From the NCBI GenBank assembly GCA_013265495.1, contig MU061579.1:6012963-6076962 (forward strand): a stretch of 64,000 nucleotides of DNA, in the 5' to 3' direction. A program made the position numbers and the translations under genes. Below, piece after piece: positions 1 through 13,599 of this stretch. Source of the DNA: Vicugna vicugna (taxonomy: Eukaryota). The first letter of the stretch is position 1. Each line of letters opens with the position of its first letter. The notes under the pieces are model-generated. The model did no database searches. It was not told the origin of the DNA and saw only the letters and a list, made by a program, of their open reading frames with translations.

Positions 1-939
1 ATTTCTATGATGTTTCAATGCCTAATTATCTGTATAGTATACTATTAGTACACATAGTTAGAAATAGCCTTGTTAAAGCAGTATTTTTTAGGGAGCTTTC
101 AAATCTGTATATCTATCTACATACATGCATTACTTTGAGGAGAGACCATAGTTCAGCAGAAGAGGACACTCCAACAGTTAAGAACTGCTGCTTTATAATA
201 TCAGTGTAATCCTACATTTTTCCTGCAATTTTCAACTTGAACCCATCACAAGTCACTTGAAAATTCTGACTCCTATTTTCCTCAGTCAAAACAAAACAAA
301 ATACCCAGAGATTTGAATTATATAAAATTAAGAACGAACCTCCAACAGTTTGTGTTCTTAATTTTTCTCTTATCTAGACAGCAAACCACTCCTTTTCACT
401 GAAGGGAAGGAGAAGGAAGGTATAAAGGTGGCTGTGCGTTAAGCAATGAAGGGCAAAGAGGACAGCAGCCGAGGGACTGGGAACTAAGAGTGAGGAGAAT
501 GATGGAATCCATACGAGGAATTTGGAGTTGAGATAAAAGTAAAGCATTCCCTATATACTAGAGTGTCCTAGGAAGTATTTGCCCTATTCTGCATGAATAT
601 ATAATGAATTGCTCCAGACGGCTGGATAACTTGGAAACATTTTGGCAGATTTCACATCAGCTATTAACATCACTGTCTATGAAGTGGGAATTAGGTGGAA
701 CAGGGTGAGAATGGGGTAATATTTTTCCAAATGTGTATATTTTTGTTTGTTTTAATTTTTTACAACAAGCTTTATTGACTTTTAATTCATCTCCTCTCTC
801 AAGTGTTCCCAGATTCTTCTACCACAGGCAGAATCACCCACTTTCTTCTCCGTGATTTTCTCAATGGCAGGGACCATGACCAGGAAGCACTGAACACATG
901 TCAGTCTTAATACACGTTTGTTGAATGGCCATTTAGATT

Positions 940-1212
940 GAATACCATTATTTCACAGATGGAATAGATGAAGAACAAGAAATTAAATGGTTGATACCAG
1001 ATGAGTTGCTCAAACTGTGGTCCCTGGACCAGCATCATCAGCATATCCTGAGAACTTATTTGATAGGCAATTCTTGAGCCTTATCCCCAGTCCTAGAGAT
1101 TCAGAAACTCTGGAGGTGGGCCCCAGAGATCCATGTAGTAACAAGCCCTTCTGGTGATTCTGATGCACACTCAATGTGAGAGCCACTGCTCAAAGGTAAC
1201 ATGGCTAGTATG
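940..1212 (-). mobile_element. MIR SINE fragment, split by the MER5A below
   Basis: CCATTATTTCACAGATGGAA...AAATTAAATGG on the left and CAAAGGTAACATGGCTAGTA on the right match consecutive parts of the MIR core (reverse orientation). Confidence 0.55.
1003..1188 (+). mobile_element. MER5A-like hAT-Charlie MITE, near full length
   Basis: CTCAAACTGTGGTCCCTGGACCAGCATCATCAGCAT...TCAGAAACTCTGGAGGTGGG...AACAAGCCCTTCTGGTGATTCTGATGCAC...GAGAGCCACTG follows the recalled MER5A consensus end to end. Confidence 0.85.
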
Positions 1213-2065
1213 AAACAGGAAAAATAGAGCCTTAAATGATCTAAATAAGCTTATATTGAATTATCATATATATAAAAAATACATTCAGTGCTAGATTGAA
1301 TCTTTCTAACTTATTTTTCACTGCGGAACAAAAGATATCCTCTTTCATATTTGTCTTGTTTAATGTTACCTCTCTAGATACATAAACTCTTTCTTTGTTA
1401 TAATGCTAAAATATAAAATGAAATGGCCAACTTGGAAATCCTGAGTTTGCTTGTTGACAAATAAGACATCTCATTTCCATAAGCAAATCACTTTAAACTA
1501 TACATTTATAATCTGACTGAATCCAATTACATTTAATTATATTCATTCCATGGAAACTATTATTTTATTTTCTGTGCTTTAAGTATTGGGGGCTACAACT
1601 GAAACTTCTGAATAATGGGGAGAGAGACCTTTTCTATAATGATGATGCCAACTGTAGAGAAACTGTTGAGTCATAGTTTTTGTGGAGTCCTATCAAACAC
1701 AGTTGCGTCAATATTTGCACCATGAAATGCTCACTTATATGGTTTTAAAAGTTTTCCTCAAGGGAGAAGTCACTCTATTAAGGAAAACAATGTAAAGAAG
1801 TATGAGTAGGAAAGAAGTCATGGGTGACAGTGAGATATGGGGAAAGTATATGAGAAATCATATCACCGTGGTTGCTCTGACCATAATCAGTTTTAAGAGA
1901 AGCATCTGAGTCCCCATCAGCTATCTCCCTGAAACAAAGGAAACTTCATGCTCAGACATTCAGCTTTAGAATATAATAGTATATGACTGGGTCTCAGCCA
2001 TGTTACCCCACTTTTTACTCCTTGACTCACATTGTTTAAGGATTTACTAACTTCTTGTATTATTT

Positions 2066-2330
2066 AATATAACAGACTTGTGGTTACCAGGGGGGTAGAG
2101 GGTGGGAAGGGATAGACTGAGATTTCAAAATTGTAGAATAGATAAACAAGATTACACTGTATAGCACAGGGAAATATACACAAAATGTTATGATAAATCA
2201 CAGAGAAAAAAATGTGACAATGAGTGTGTATATGTCCATGAATGACTGAAAAATTGTGCTGAACACTGGAATTTGACACAACATTGTAAAATGATTATAA
2301 ATCAATAAAAAATGTTAAAAAAAAAAAGAA
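2066..2330 (+). mobile_element. 5'-truncated young L1 3' UTR with poly-A tail
   Basis: GTGGTTACCAGGGGG...CTGTATAGCACAGGGAA...TTGACACAACATTGTAAA...AATAAA followed by an A-run. Homologous to the copies at 23425 and 56526. No TSD found. Confidence 0.85.
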
Positions 2331-3084
2331 TTGGATTCGACATAAGCACATAAGAAACACCAACAGAAAGGAAAGGAGCTTGGCATTAAAATATTCCTAG
2401 TTCTAAGGTTTTCCACATCTAAAACAAAATGAGATTTGACTAAACATTCACTTGCAGTGGACACTGCACAGTTTCCAATGTGTGAACTCTTGAAGTTCAG
2501 TAAGGGAGGCTGCAGGCTTTAAGGGTAGTGCATCCCTTTGCTTCTCTGTACTTGTCATTCTACCTGAATCATACTTCCATCTTTATTAAAGTAAATTTCA
2601 TGTTCCTTCAAACTTTCCCTTTAGCGAGACTAAATGATTACTGAAAAATGGATAATTCTTTACCTCACAAATGAAGAAAATAAGCTACATAAATATAATC
2701 ATGCAATTAGCATCGAAACATTGATTTCAGATCCAAAAATAAAAATTAGTTTTTCTTTTTGTTGTTGTTGTTTAGATTTTTGTTGTTGTTTTGTTTTTAC
2801 TTTTCTCCTCATTCTAACTCTATTTCCAGTGAATAAGTTTGCTTCTTGCCTCCTGATTGAAAACTAAAATTTCCTATTTGGCTAAACTATAATAATATTT
2901 AACTTAATATTGTCCTTTTACCTTGATTTTTAACCTTAGGAAGTATGTGCCTGAGTATACATTTTAGTTTATACCAATGATTTTAAATTTTCCAGAACAT
3001 TATTGTCACATTCATTGTCATAAGAGTATACAGAAAACATGTTTGATGTCTACTGTGCCTTAATTTTAAGAAATAATGAGTGAT

Positions 3085-3190
3085 CTTGTGGAAAGAGACT
3101 GACTCTGAAATCAGAAGACCTGCATTTGATTTTTGTGGACTGAGATTTCATTTCTTCATTTGTGAAACGGAAATGATATTAACTACTGGG
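3085..3190 (+). mobile_element. MIR fragment
   Basis: GGAAAGAGACTGACTCTGAAATCAGAAGACCTG (head) and TTTCTTCATTTGTGAAACGGAAATGATA (core). Confidence 0.55.
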
Positions 3191-3532
3191 CAGAACTGAA
3201 ATGTATGGACTTACTTCAGCCAATAGCTACCATGTAGGAGAAACTCAAGAAAGAAAAGCAGAACCTGAAACATACAGAACATACTGAATGGACTCAAAGT
3301 TTCAATCAGGAGACAGTAAACTGTGATTCTATTCCACTACCACTTAAAGTAGTCAAACAATGTTTATGCCAGCAATATGCAAAGACTTGAATATAGTTCC
3401 ATACTGAGTCATAACTGAGAGATTTCAATAATTTCATCCATAGACTAAACTTATTAAAAAGAGATGCAGTGAGGTTCTAACTGCAAACCTTATACTGTTA
3501 AGACAGCTATCTCTTTGATAATTTGGAGATTA

Positions 3533-4010
3533 TATTTATTCATTAAACAGATATTTTGTGAGCACAAACAATATACTGAGCCATGGGTGATGTAGACAAG
3601 GGCCCTGCTATTAGAAGACCTGTGTTACAACAGCAGGAGACGAGCACAAACAAGTATGGATGCATCAGGTAGTTCACACGTGCATTTCGAAAAACACCAG
3701 CTAAGGAAGGAATTGCTGGAGAGGTAACACTTTACAGCCAGGTAAAGAATCTCAAGGCAGATATTCCAACAGGGCAACAGCTAGTGCAAAGCAAAAGACA
3801 GGAATTCAGCACACCAGAGGAATGGAAGGAGGCCCAGTGTGACCCCAAGAGGACGAAGTAGGGGTCAGGGAGAGGCTTCACAATGAGGACCCAGTGGAAG
3901 GCCAATGGAAGGACATGGCAGGGTAGAAAACCTTGTAAGGAACTCGGGCTCTATCCAAGGTACAGTAGGGTACCACTTCAGGCTACTCATCAAAAATGAG
4001 GTGACCTAAC
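3533..4010 (-). mobile_element. L2 LINE 3' fragment
   Basis: ATTTATTCATTAAACAGATATTTTGTGAGCAC (reverse complement of the L2 tail) followed by purine-rich L2-like blocks such as CAGGGCAACAGCTAGTGCAAAG. Confidence 0.6.
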
Positions 4011-6127
4011 TGCAATCAATTGTATCGATTTTGACAGTAAAAGGTGCTTGAATCATGCATTTTCTCCTTTCTTCCCTCTTGAAATACCACTATTGGATCA
4101 GCTATTACAAGTATCCAAAGGTCTTCCAAATTATCTCCAAGAGTTTTATTTCAGGACACTGAAGGACTAAGTTAAATAGCTCTTATGAGGACTGAGAAAT
4201 ATCCTAGGCATCTGAAACGGGGGCTTGCTTTCTCATGCTCGTTCATTCCAGAATACTTAATTCTAGGCAACTCAAATGTTTTTCTTGGAATGAGCTTTCA
4301 CACTAAGCTGATTTTTATTGCAACTGTTGTGCTTGGCAAAACATTAGTGAAATCCCCATATAGTATTAGAATTATACAGAATTACAGTTTTGTGATTTTG
4401 TGTTATATATGCTGAATATAATGTTATTGAGGAAAAAGAAATTTAAGATACTTGTTGGCAGATGAGCATGTACTTAAAAGGTTGTAAGCAGGTAAAATAA
4501 AAAAAACACGTATTTTGTTTTGTTTTGCTCACCGGTATATATTTTAATCAGAAAAAAATAGAGCAAGGTAAACAACTTCAGTAAACTGAATTTTATTGTT
4601 GTTATAGAAGATTTAATAACCAATTTTAAAAGGTGAAAACCTTCCAGAAGAATCTTATTGGACAGGCAAGATCAGACAATATTTGTTTTAGACTCATGGC
4701 TAAGCTAGTAAATAAATAAAGTGAAGGTATGGAAATCTCTTTACATTGCTGTAGTGCACAACCGCCTGGCTTCTGAGAGAGAGAGAGAAAGCAGTACCAT
4801 ACATCTCACATAATATTCCCTCCCGGGTAAGATTAGTTGATAACACAAGAGAATTTTCCTTGGCTTTCCCTGACAGAAATTTGATTCATCTTCCAGCAAG
4901 AACAATTTTTTCTACCATATTCAGCAATAGTCGCTTCTGAAGGGCTTTCTTATCTCATTTCTTATTCATCAATCTCCAAAAGACATGTTAGAAACGGCAA
5001 AATGTAAATCTCTTTATAACTAAGTTAATCCAATTTTTTTCATTTATCTTTCATGAGACACAGCCTCATTGTCAGCTGAGCATATATAACAAATGCTTGT
5101 CACTTCTGAGCGCTCAAAGAGCAAGATCTGAAAGAGATCATTTCTTTTGACAAATGTACGTTAACACAAGAAACCTCCTTTTTCTCCAATGATTTACTTG
5201 TCATGTATTTTTTAATTGATATCTACCCATAATTTATGGAGGAAGACTATCATAGCTACTTTATATAATTATAGTTCCGATAAGACATATCTTCTTCAGT
5301 TTTTTAATTTAGCATTTTGTCAAAATGGATAAGAAGAAAAGATAACTCTTTCCTCACTGGTTTCTTCATAAAATATTCTTATTAACATGCAGAGTTTAAC
5401 TTATCTTCTGTATTAACCTAAATCCTGCACCACAAAATCTAATTGAATAGATATGCCTTATAAAAGAAAAGTAATTTCTGTAACGGATTGTTTTATCCTA
5501 TATATTTTTACCACTTGGCATGTAGAGATTTTTTTCCTAAGTCAACATCTGTAGAAAAATTTGCAAATGTCCAGCAACATTTTATAAGTTCTGAAGATAT
5601 AAAGTTTTATGGAAAAAACCCAAATGTCACCAATATATAGATTTTATTCTTTCATTTTGTTTCAAAACAGTTTTAAGATGTTTTGTATGGATAATTTTTA
5701 ACATCTAATGAATATTAAACCTAACATTTGATAAACAAAATGGTTGGCATCTTTCACTGTTTCTATAATAGAACCTATAAATTAGAGTTGCATCTTTCTC
5801 TAGAATATCTTAAACTTTCTCAGCTTGTCATTTAAGTAGTTCTGTTTTAATTATGTTTTCATGATTTGCATACCATGGTTTGAAGGATCTATAAAAATAT
5901 AAAGAGGATTTATAATTTCCCCTATAAATGATACAGTTTGTCACTCCTCTGAGAGGGAAATCAGGTTAATACTTCCTACATGGCTACTGGTTTCTTACAA
6001 AATAATTTTGAAACCACCCTAACAGAAAACTGGACTATTTAGAAGGAAGTTTGCAATCTCTTGACTTTAAAAACTAGTGTCTTTAATAATTATAATACTA
6101 ATATATTAAATGTAATCATTTTCATTA

Positions 6128-6272
6128 TAATGAGTGTTTAGTGAGTGCTAATTGAGTGTTACTGCTGTCTTAAACACTTAAAGGACACTGACTCATGGGT
6201 TGATGGAATTATTATGCAATTTTACAGGTAAGAAATAAAGTTAAGAAATTAGCCTAAGGTCATGTGGTTAAC
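6128..6272 (-). mobile_element. MIR fragment
   Basis: ATTATTATGCAATTTTACAGGTAAGAAATAAAG...AATTAGCCTAAGGTCATGTGG resembles the MIR core. Confidence 0.55.
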
Positions 6273-6587
6273 ATAGACACACTATCTATCTGCATAGCTG
6301 TTTCAATATGTTGATAAAAGGACATTTTCAATGGGCAGTTGAATCTCAATGAAATTAAGTGTCATCAATCATAAATATATTATGTTTTCTAAATGAGCAA
6401 AATAGCAGTACTGGAATATTAAAAATAATAATTTATGTGTTCACATAAACACAGACTGATAGAAAATATTCATCACTTGATTTAATAGAAACTTTAACAT
6501 TGAAAGTAATAAATAAAGATACCATAGACTCCAATTGTAAGTTCACTTACAAGGAATCAAAACCTTGAAAAAGAATGTCTTAAATTT

Positions 6588-6721
6588 TGGGGTGGGGGAG
6601 TAAGAGGTACAAACTATTGGTGGAAGGCTGCAGGGATGTATTGCACAACATGGGGAACAATATTTTGTAATAACTGTAAATGGAGAGTAACATTTCAAAA
6701 TTGTGTAAAAGTTGTATTAAA
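6588..6721 (+). mobile_element. Short L1 3' UTR fragment (older laurasiatherian-type subfamily)
   Basis: GGGGAGTAAGAGGTACAAACTATT...GGATGTATTGCACAACATGGGGAA...TATTTTGTAATAACTGTAAATGGAG. Confidence 0.7.
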
Positions 6722-7068
6722 GAGTTTTTTAAAAGGATATCTAAAAATTGGTAGATTCTTATCTGTCTGAGAACTCCAAATGCTGTTCTGATGGATGCAA
6801 GGGAATAAATAAAGGAAATCCTTGGGGGCGATTCTGTACAGGAAATTTCCTCACCCTTGTTGAAATAGAATAAGGAACTCCGTTTGTTTTGCTTTTTTTT
6901 TTTTTTTTGGACCATGGATGGACAGTTTCTAAATAGCACAGACTCTCAGAATACTTGTCTATCTTCCCTTTGAAATTTTTTTTCTTCTGTTAATTTTGCT
7001 GCCACCATCATCACACTGATCCTCAAGAGTGTACTGTCTTCAAGATTTCTCTTGTCACCCTTTGGTTC

Positions 7069-7230
7069 AATATATATATATATAAAACATGTTAAATATT
7101 ATCTATTATATATTATGTTAAATATCGGTATATATTATATATTGTATATTATATATAACACCTGAAATGGGTGAGCACTTTCAGAAAAATTATACTTAAT
7201 ATATAATATACACATATATTACATACATGT
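7069..7230. repeat. (TA)n and TA-rich low-complexity tract
   Basis: TATATATATATATA followed by degenerate TATAT/ATATT units. Confidence 0.7.
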
Positions 7231-7769
7231 GTAATCATAAAAAGGAAATGAAGAAAAGGGTAGACACAGAAGAAACAGCCTGCTCATTCTGGACAGTGTC
7301 CTTATCCTACCATTAGTTAGCATGCTCTCCTGAGTGACCTTGACCAATTCCACATGATAATTGAGTCATCAATTGATTGGTTATACAGCATTTCTGGATT
7401 TGTTCAAGTGCTTTATTGCCCCGTCCCAGTCTTACCTCCATATGTGAAATGACACTGTGATTCATACTCAAACACCAGTCTCTGAGGCAGGGTATCAAAG
7501 ACAAGAGTTTTGAGCCTGAATGCCATTCTAATGGTCCCTCATCGTATTCATGTGAGACCTAAGGCTTCATTTAAAGTGAATGACATAATACATGTTCTTA
7601 ACTATCAAACAAACTCAACCTTTTGTATAGACCAGTGGCCTTGCCCCTCAGTCTCTGAGAATAATTTAATTCTGTTCCCCAAATATTTCCCACATAGCAT
7701 TTCCTGGACCTCTTGTGTTTGGGTGGAGACATTTGACAAGCTCTACTCAGTACACTGTGAGTAGAAGTG

Positions 7770-7912
7770 TCTTGATCAGAACTGTCCAAGGGAGAGTGGC
7801 CCCAAGTGGAGAATGCTCAGAACAGAGCCTTTAGCCAATCTATGACGGACACATGCTGTGAATGAGAAATAAACCTTTGCTCTTTAATGCCCCTGAGATT
7901 TTGAGTTTAGTT
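7770..7912 (+). mobile_element. MaLR (MLT1-type) LTR 3' fragment
   Basis: GACACATGCTGTGAATGAGAAATAAACCTTTGCTCTTTAATGCCCCTGAGATTTTGAG is a typical MLT1 poly-A-signal/U5 end. Confidence 0.7.
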
Positions 7913-9149
7913 CCTGCCTTGGTGGATGCCTTGTTCATCCACCTTACAGACTCAGTTTCCATCAAAGGTCCTTCAAGTCTAATAGAGAAATGTCTGTACC
8001 ATCTGTTCATTAAGAATTACACAAAAGTTTGGTAAAATACCTAGATCAGTAATTTGTAAAATATGTCCCAATGTAAGTTTGCAAAAATAAAATTATATGT
8101 AGATTCACGTGCTCCTTAAGACATTAGGGCTCTGTGAATTCTCAAACTCTGCCATGAAATCTGGCCTATGCATTGAGTTCCCAATACTGTTTAACCATGG
8201 AACCACATTAGTGGAATTAGGGAAATCTCAAACACAAGAAAGAAATTTTTGAGAGCTACATTTTGCTCTTCACAGAAATAAAAGCCATGATGGCAGGTTT
8301 ATGTATTTCCTAAATTAACTAATAGGAATGAAAGTAATTTTTAAAATTATAAGTGATAGTAATAAATTATTATCTCACCACTTAAAGAAAAAATGTGTTA
8401 AATGTGTCAATAATTGCAAAATATCTAAAGTATGCTGGAATGATAACAAAGTAGCCTCTGAATAGAATTTTCAAGTTATTTATCATTATTAAATTAATTA
8501 CAAAGGAATTTTTATAATGTGTGAATTGAAATTTCTATGTTTCTTCAGAAAATGTCAATTATGACATGTAGCCTCTTTAGAAAAGGCTGTGGTTTTGACT
8601 TGAAAGCTATTTTTGTAGATGTAAAATTTTGCAGAGGCAAAATGTGTTAGTCTCTTGATCTCAGAACATTTCACTTCTGTCAGGTACAACTTAGGCCTCA
8701 GGCCCCTAAAATACATTTACTTTAATAGAAAACATGCCATTTCTTCATTGCTAAACATATTATCTTAAATATTCCATCCAACCAGTTTTCTTCATTGATA
8801 TCTTCACACTAATGATTTTTTCATCTTTATTTGGTGTTGAGTGTGCCCTTATTTCATCAATATCCATATAAATGGGTCTGTTTTATTAATATGTTATGAC
8901 ATATTTTCTGATTTGTCCTGCATATTGTCATTCTAGCCTGTACAATTTTATAAAATCGATTTATAAAGCACATTGAATCTGCATTATTTGAGATATACAA
9001 TATAAGTCTCATCCATTCATATGTTTCAACATGCACAGATCTTAAGGGATCAGAAGAATCAACTCAAAGGGTTGTGTAGTCCTTAACTGGATACACTTTC
9101 TTTGAAAGATTTTCCTATTGAAATTAGGAAGGCCATGGTACATAAGGAA

Positions 9150-9410
9150 AAATGTTCTATCCCATGCCACCCCGACTTCTTGCCTTCCAATGCGTGCAGA
9201 TGTGCTATGTGAAACTCTTACATTAAACATTCAACCACGAGGGGAAAGTTAAGAGAATCACAGAGATGCTAAACATGACATTGACTTACAAAATGTGTCA
9301 GCAATGGCCTGGATCCAGATTTCTTGTTATGTAAGAAAAATTATTCCCTCTGTGTAAGCCACAATTAGGTGGATCCTCTATTGATCACATTCTATTGATT
9401 GATATCTGAA
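9150..9410 (+). mobile_element. Old MaLR (MLT1K/L-like) LTR fragment
   Basis: AAGAGAATCACAGAGATGC...TCCAGATTTCTTGTTATGTAAGAAAAAT...GTGTAAGCCAC. Confidence 0.55.
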
Positions 9411-9522
9411 ATCATTCTTCTGATTTGAAGGAGATTAAATGATGCTTGATAAATGAGAAATACCATATTAATAGAAAGATCCCAATTGGGTTAGCAAAAT
9501 TAAATTCTGGTAACATCAAGGA

Positions 9523-10030
9523 TATTGAGTAATCTGTTGCTGTATAACAAACCATCTCCAAACTCTGCAGCTTAAAACAACAACCATTAGTTGTTTTACC
9601 CATAATACTGGATGAGCAGTTTGGGCTAGGCTCAGCTGGGCAGTTCTTCTTTTAGTCTTCCTTGGGACCACTCATGCAGTTACAGTCTTCTGATGGTTTC
9701 AAGGGGCTGGATGATCCAAGGTGGCCTCACTCAGATGTCTGGCTGTTGGCTGTGGTATCTCTTTTCTTCTTCACATGCTGTGTCTTTCTCTAGTAACACA
9801 GACTAGCTTTCATCACATAATATTATATATGTTCCAAATAGGGGAAGGCACAATCTGCAAGATCTCTTGAGATTTAAGCTTTGGAGCTCACATAATGTAA
9901 TTTCCACCATATTGTGCTGGTCAAATCCTATCACAGGGCAAGCCCAAATTTAGTGGGTGGGAAATAGACTCTACTTCTTGAAGGGAGTAGCTACAAATTG
10001 CTGTGGTCATGTTTTCAATCTCTATCCAAA
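9523..10030 (-). mobile_element. MaLR LTR (MLT1H-like), near complete
   Basis: CTGTTGCTGTATAACAAACCATCTCCAAACTC...GCTTAAAACAACAACC...TTTGGGCTAGGGCTCAGCTGGGCAGTTCTTC...TCCAAGGTGGCCTCACTCA...GGAAATAGACTCTACTTCTTGAAGGGAG. Confidence 0.85.
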
Positions 10031-10049
10031 TCATGGCAAGAATATGTGT

Positions 10050-10745
10050 AAATATGTAGAGAGTGCTACTGGTGGTGTAGAAAGTTTGACAGACTTCAAG
10101 AAAAGTTTGTCAGTATCAATCAGAATCAAATACACATGTATCTTCCCAACTAGCCATTTCACCCATAGATCTAGTCTAAAGAAAACGTTGCATATGTGTA
10201 CAGGAAAGCAAGTATAAGGATGTAGATGACAGAATTGTCTATAAATGGAAAAATCAGAAACCAATTTAATGTCCATCAACTGAATACATAAATTAGAATA
10301 CACTTACATATGGGGAACTGTAGTCAGTTAAAATGAATGAACTAGAGCTATATGCATTAATACATATTAATTTTGAAGTTATAATGTCAAATGAAAAATC
10401 AAGTTACAAAATGATACATAGTGTATTTTAGGACTTAGTAAATTTAAGAAGTAATATGATACTATATACTATTATGAATGGCTATGTAAGTAAGAATATG
10501 GGAACTATTGTTAGGAAAGATGTGGATCAACCTCAGGATAGTGTTATCTCTGGAACTGCAAAGGTAAGAATGGTTTTAATTGAATCTGTAATATCTTGGG
10601 GTTTTTTACATATACCAAACAATTTGGACAAATATGAATATTCATAAAATCTGTTTCGTGTGTACATTGGTGTCTGTTCTATTATCTTTTACAATTCTTG
10701 CCTATTTGATGTCTTTCATAGTTAAGAAAATTTTAAATAAAATAT
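10050..10745 (+). mobile_element. Ancient L1 (L1ME-type) ORF2 end and 3' UTR
   Basis: AATGTCCATCAAC...CAGTTAAAATGAATGAACTAGAGCTATATGCATTAA...ATAATGTCAAATGAAAAATCAAGTTACAAAATGATACATA. Confidence 0.75.
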
Positions 10746-11454
10746 AATCCATATTGTGTCCACACAGATCTCTAGAAATTGATAAAATTAATTAGCGCCA
10801 GTGGGTGTCTTTGAGGAAGGGAATCAGAGAGCTAAGGGGTACGTAGGGTAAAGAAGACCTGGCGCTTTATTTCTCTGATACTCTTTGAATTTTTTATAAC
10901 ATGATCATGAGTCACCTTTAAAAATATATTATTTCTCCATAATGATCATGTCATCCTTGAAAATGTAAAATAAATCACACAAAATCTTGGCCAGTCTTCA
11001 GTTTGAATGATTTGGATGATCCTCATTACATATTCTTCTAGAGACCTCTGTCTATCACCCTCATTCAATGAAAAACTTTCAGTTGGTTCCCCATTATATT
11101 TATTGAACACTTTTTTTGACCTGTTCTGAGGCTGCTGGAAATTTTCTATTCTCATAAGTGTCTGACAAGGTCACATGCATTCTGCCCTTTCACTCACATT
11201 GTCATTTAAAGGTCAGCTTGTGTCAAACCCATGCCCATTTGTTCTACCATATGTTATTTGAATCCACAAGCCTGAAAAGCCTGAAGCCCAAGACATAAAG
11301 TGACAGTTAAAAACTTAAAGAAGAAAAAAAAATTATAAATTTTTATGAAACTAACTTTTGAATATATATTCAATTCAGTGTCAAAAGAAAAATGAAAAAT
11401 TGATATGCTTCTTATCAAATCATTAATTTTGGTGCATTTTAAATAAGGTAGGCT

Positions 11455-12260
11455 CATTCATTCATGCATTTAGCAAATACTGTAGAGTCTCCTATATGCT
11501 AAATATTGTTGTAGGTGCTGGCATACAGCAGTAAACAAAATTAAGTCTTTTCCCTCATGCATCTTACACTACTGGGGATAGACAGACAACAGCCACACCA
11601 TTATACATCAGACTGTGACAGCAATATGGAGTAAAACAAACCAGGATAAGGAAGATAAAAGGAGTGAGAAGATGGGAGGTGCTGCTACTTAATAGAAAGT
11701 TGATGTCATGAAATATCTAATTTATACGCTAATATTAAACAGAGACTTAAGAAACTGATAACAGCTTTCTGTGAACTGTTCTGTTCCAGGTAGAGGGAAC
11801 TGCACGTGCAAAAGTCTTGGGCAGAAATATGCTTGATGTTCCCAAGAAATCACTGCATGCTATGTAGACAGTAAAGGAAAAATGTAGAGAAAAGATCAAA
11901 GAGTAAAGAGTTCACACTGGGACCTTGTAAGACATTTTTAAAAGGCCACTGTAAGTACTTTAGCTATTGTTGAAGAAGGATTTCTGAGCAGAAGAATAGA
12001 GCGTAGAGAAGAAAGGGTGGAAGCAGGAAGACCAGTGAGGAGGCAACTGATGACTGATCGATGATGTGAAGGAAAGAGAGAATTTAGATGTTTAAGAAAC
12101 TTGCTGGATATTAGTGCCGCTCAATTACTAGGAAAACAAGGAATAGTTTGGGAGCAAAGATGATGTGTTCCCTTGGCCATGTTGACTTAGAGGTGCCTGT
12201 GAAACATGCTGTGGGGCTATCCAGAAAGGATTTCAATGTTTATGAGTTTATGATTGCACA
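11455..12260 (-). mobile_element. L2 LINE fragment
   Basis: CATTCATTCATGCATTTAGCAAATAC...TGTTGTAGGTGCTGGCATACAGCAGTAAACAAAA...TTCCAGGTAGAGGGAACTGCACGTGCAAAAGTCTTG...GAAGCAGGAAGACCAGTGAGGAGGC. Confidence 0.85.
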
Positions 12261-13599
12261 AAAGTTTTTTCTCACTTTTTTCAGCATCATTCAGCATCCA
12301 GATGCACATGAGGAGCAGGCAATCGGACAAACTTAACCATGTTTTGTGTTTTCCAGTCAAGTGAAAGAGAAGTTTAATAGGGCAAGAATGTTGAGGGCAT
12401 TGAAAGACAAAGAGTACAAACTTTTAAAACAACATAGAATATATGCTATATAGAAAAGGAAACCAAGACTGGTGATTGCAAGTAGACAGGGGAAAACAAG
12501 AGACCCGAGTGTAAACATATCAGTGAGGCTGAGGAGTTGATGTTGGAAATAGTTGAGAGGGGCAGGAGGAAGGGGACTAAAGTATTACCTAAAACTAGGC
12601 TTATAATTCTAGCTAAATGCACACTTAAGGATTATAGACATGCATGTTTAAGGATTATACTCATACATGTAGGTGGCTATTGTAAAGTGGAAGATCTGAT
12701 CATTTGACATTAGAAGATAAAAGAACAAGAGACTAGGATGTTGGATAAATCTTATCAAGGATGATGGTAGAACTTGGCAGGAAACGGAAGACTGTTGGCC
12801 TATGCTAATTACCACGGCTATGCAACTAAATGATTCAGCTGAAACCTGAAAGGGTTTCACCTGAAAAGGAACACTGACAGCTATCTCATGCTTTCAGCGA
12901 GTGGGGAGTTAGCAACAAAACAAGGATGGCAGCTGGGACAGAGGTTAAGGCTGATGCAAAAGAAAAAAAAAAAAAAGCAAAAGCAAAAGCAAATGTGTTT
13001 ACTTGAAAGCGAGGAAGTAATGGTTTAGATTAACAGTGGAGAGTTACAAGGACATAAACTACATCTCAAGACAGTTTTCAGAAAAATAATCTTTTCTCAA
13101 GAAAGTTGCAGGAAGCATTAACTTCTGAGGACAGTCAAGTTCCAGAGGGCACAATGGAAAGGTGGTTCTAAAAAGGAACAATGAAAGTTTAAGAAAAAAC
13201 ATTATTTTCAGATAAAAGGGGGCAGGGGAGAAAGCATAGACAACTTAAGATAGTCTATTTTGATTGTTGAGCAAGGATAACAGAGATTTGGCATGTTGTG
13301 TTAAGCTTACTTCAAGGTTGTAAGAGAAAAACTCAGAACTTGGGAGCTTCTGGTAGGAATGGTGTCTTTAGGCAAAAATCAGAAAACACTTTTAGGAGAA
13401 AAACCAAGAAACTCTACAGAATTCCCTGAGGCAAGCTCCCCTCTAGATTTGTGTTTATCCTAGAGTCCAATGCAGGCTGCCACTGCTCTCTTCCCCTCTC
13501 CAGTCCCTCCAGGACACAGCTGCCAGGGAATCCTCCACTATTGTTTATATCTTGTTCTTAACTAGCTCAAGAAACAGTCACCATGAGCCCACAGACCAG

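Noticed and set aside
7436..7481. Possible 46-nt minus-strand exon (CCCTGCCTCAG acceptor, GAG|GTAAG donor)
   Set aside because: No recognisable peptide in any frame and no partner exons. Such splice-site pairs are common by chance.
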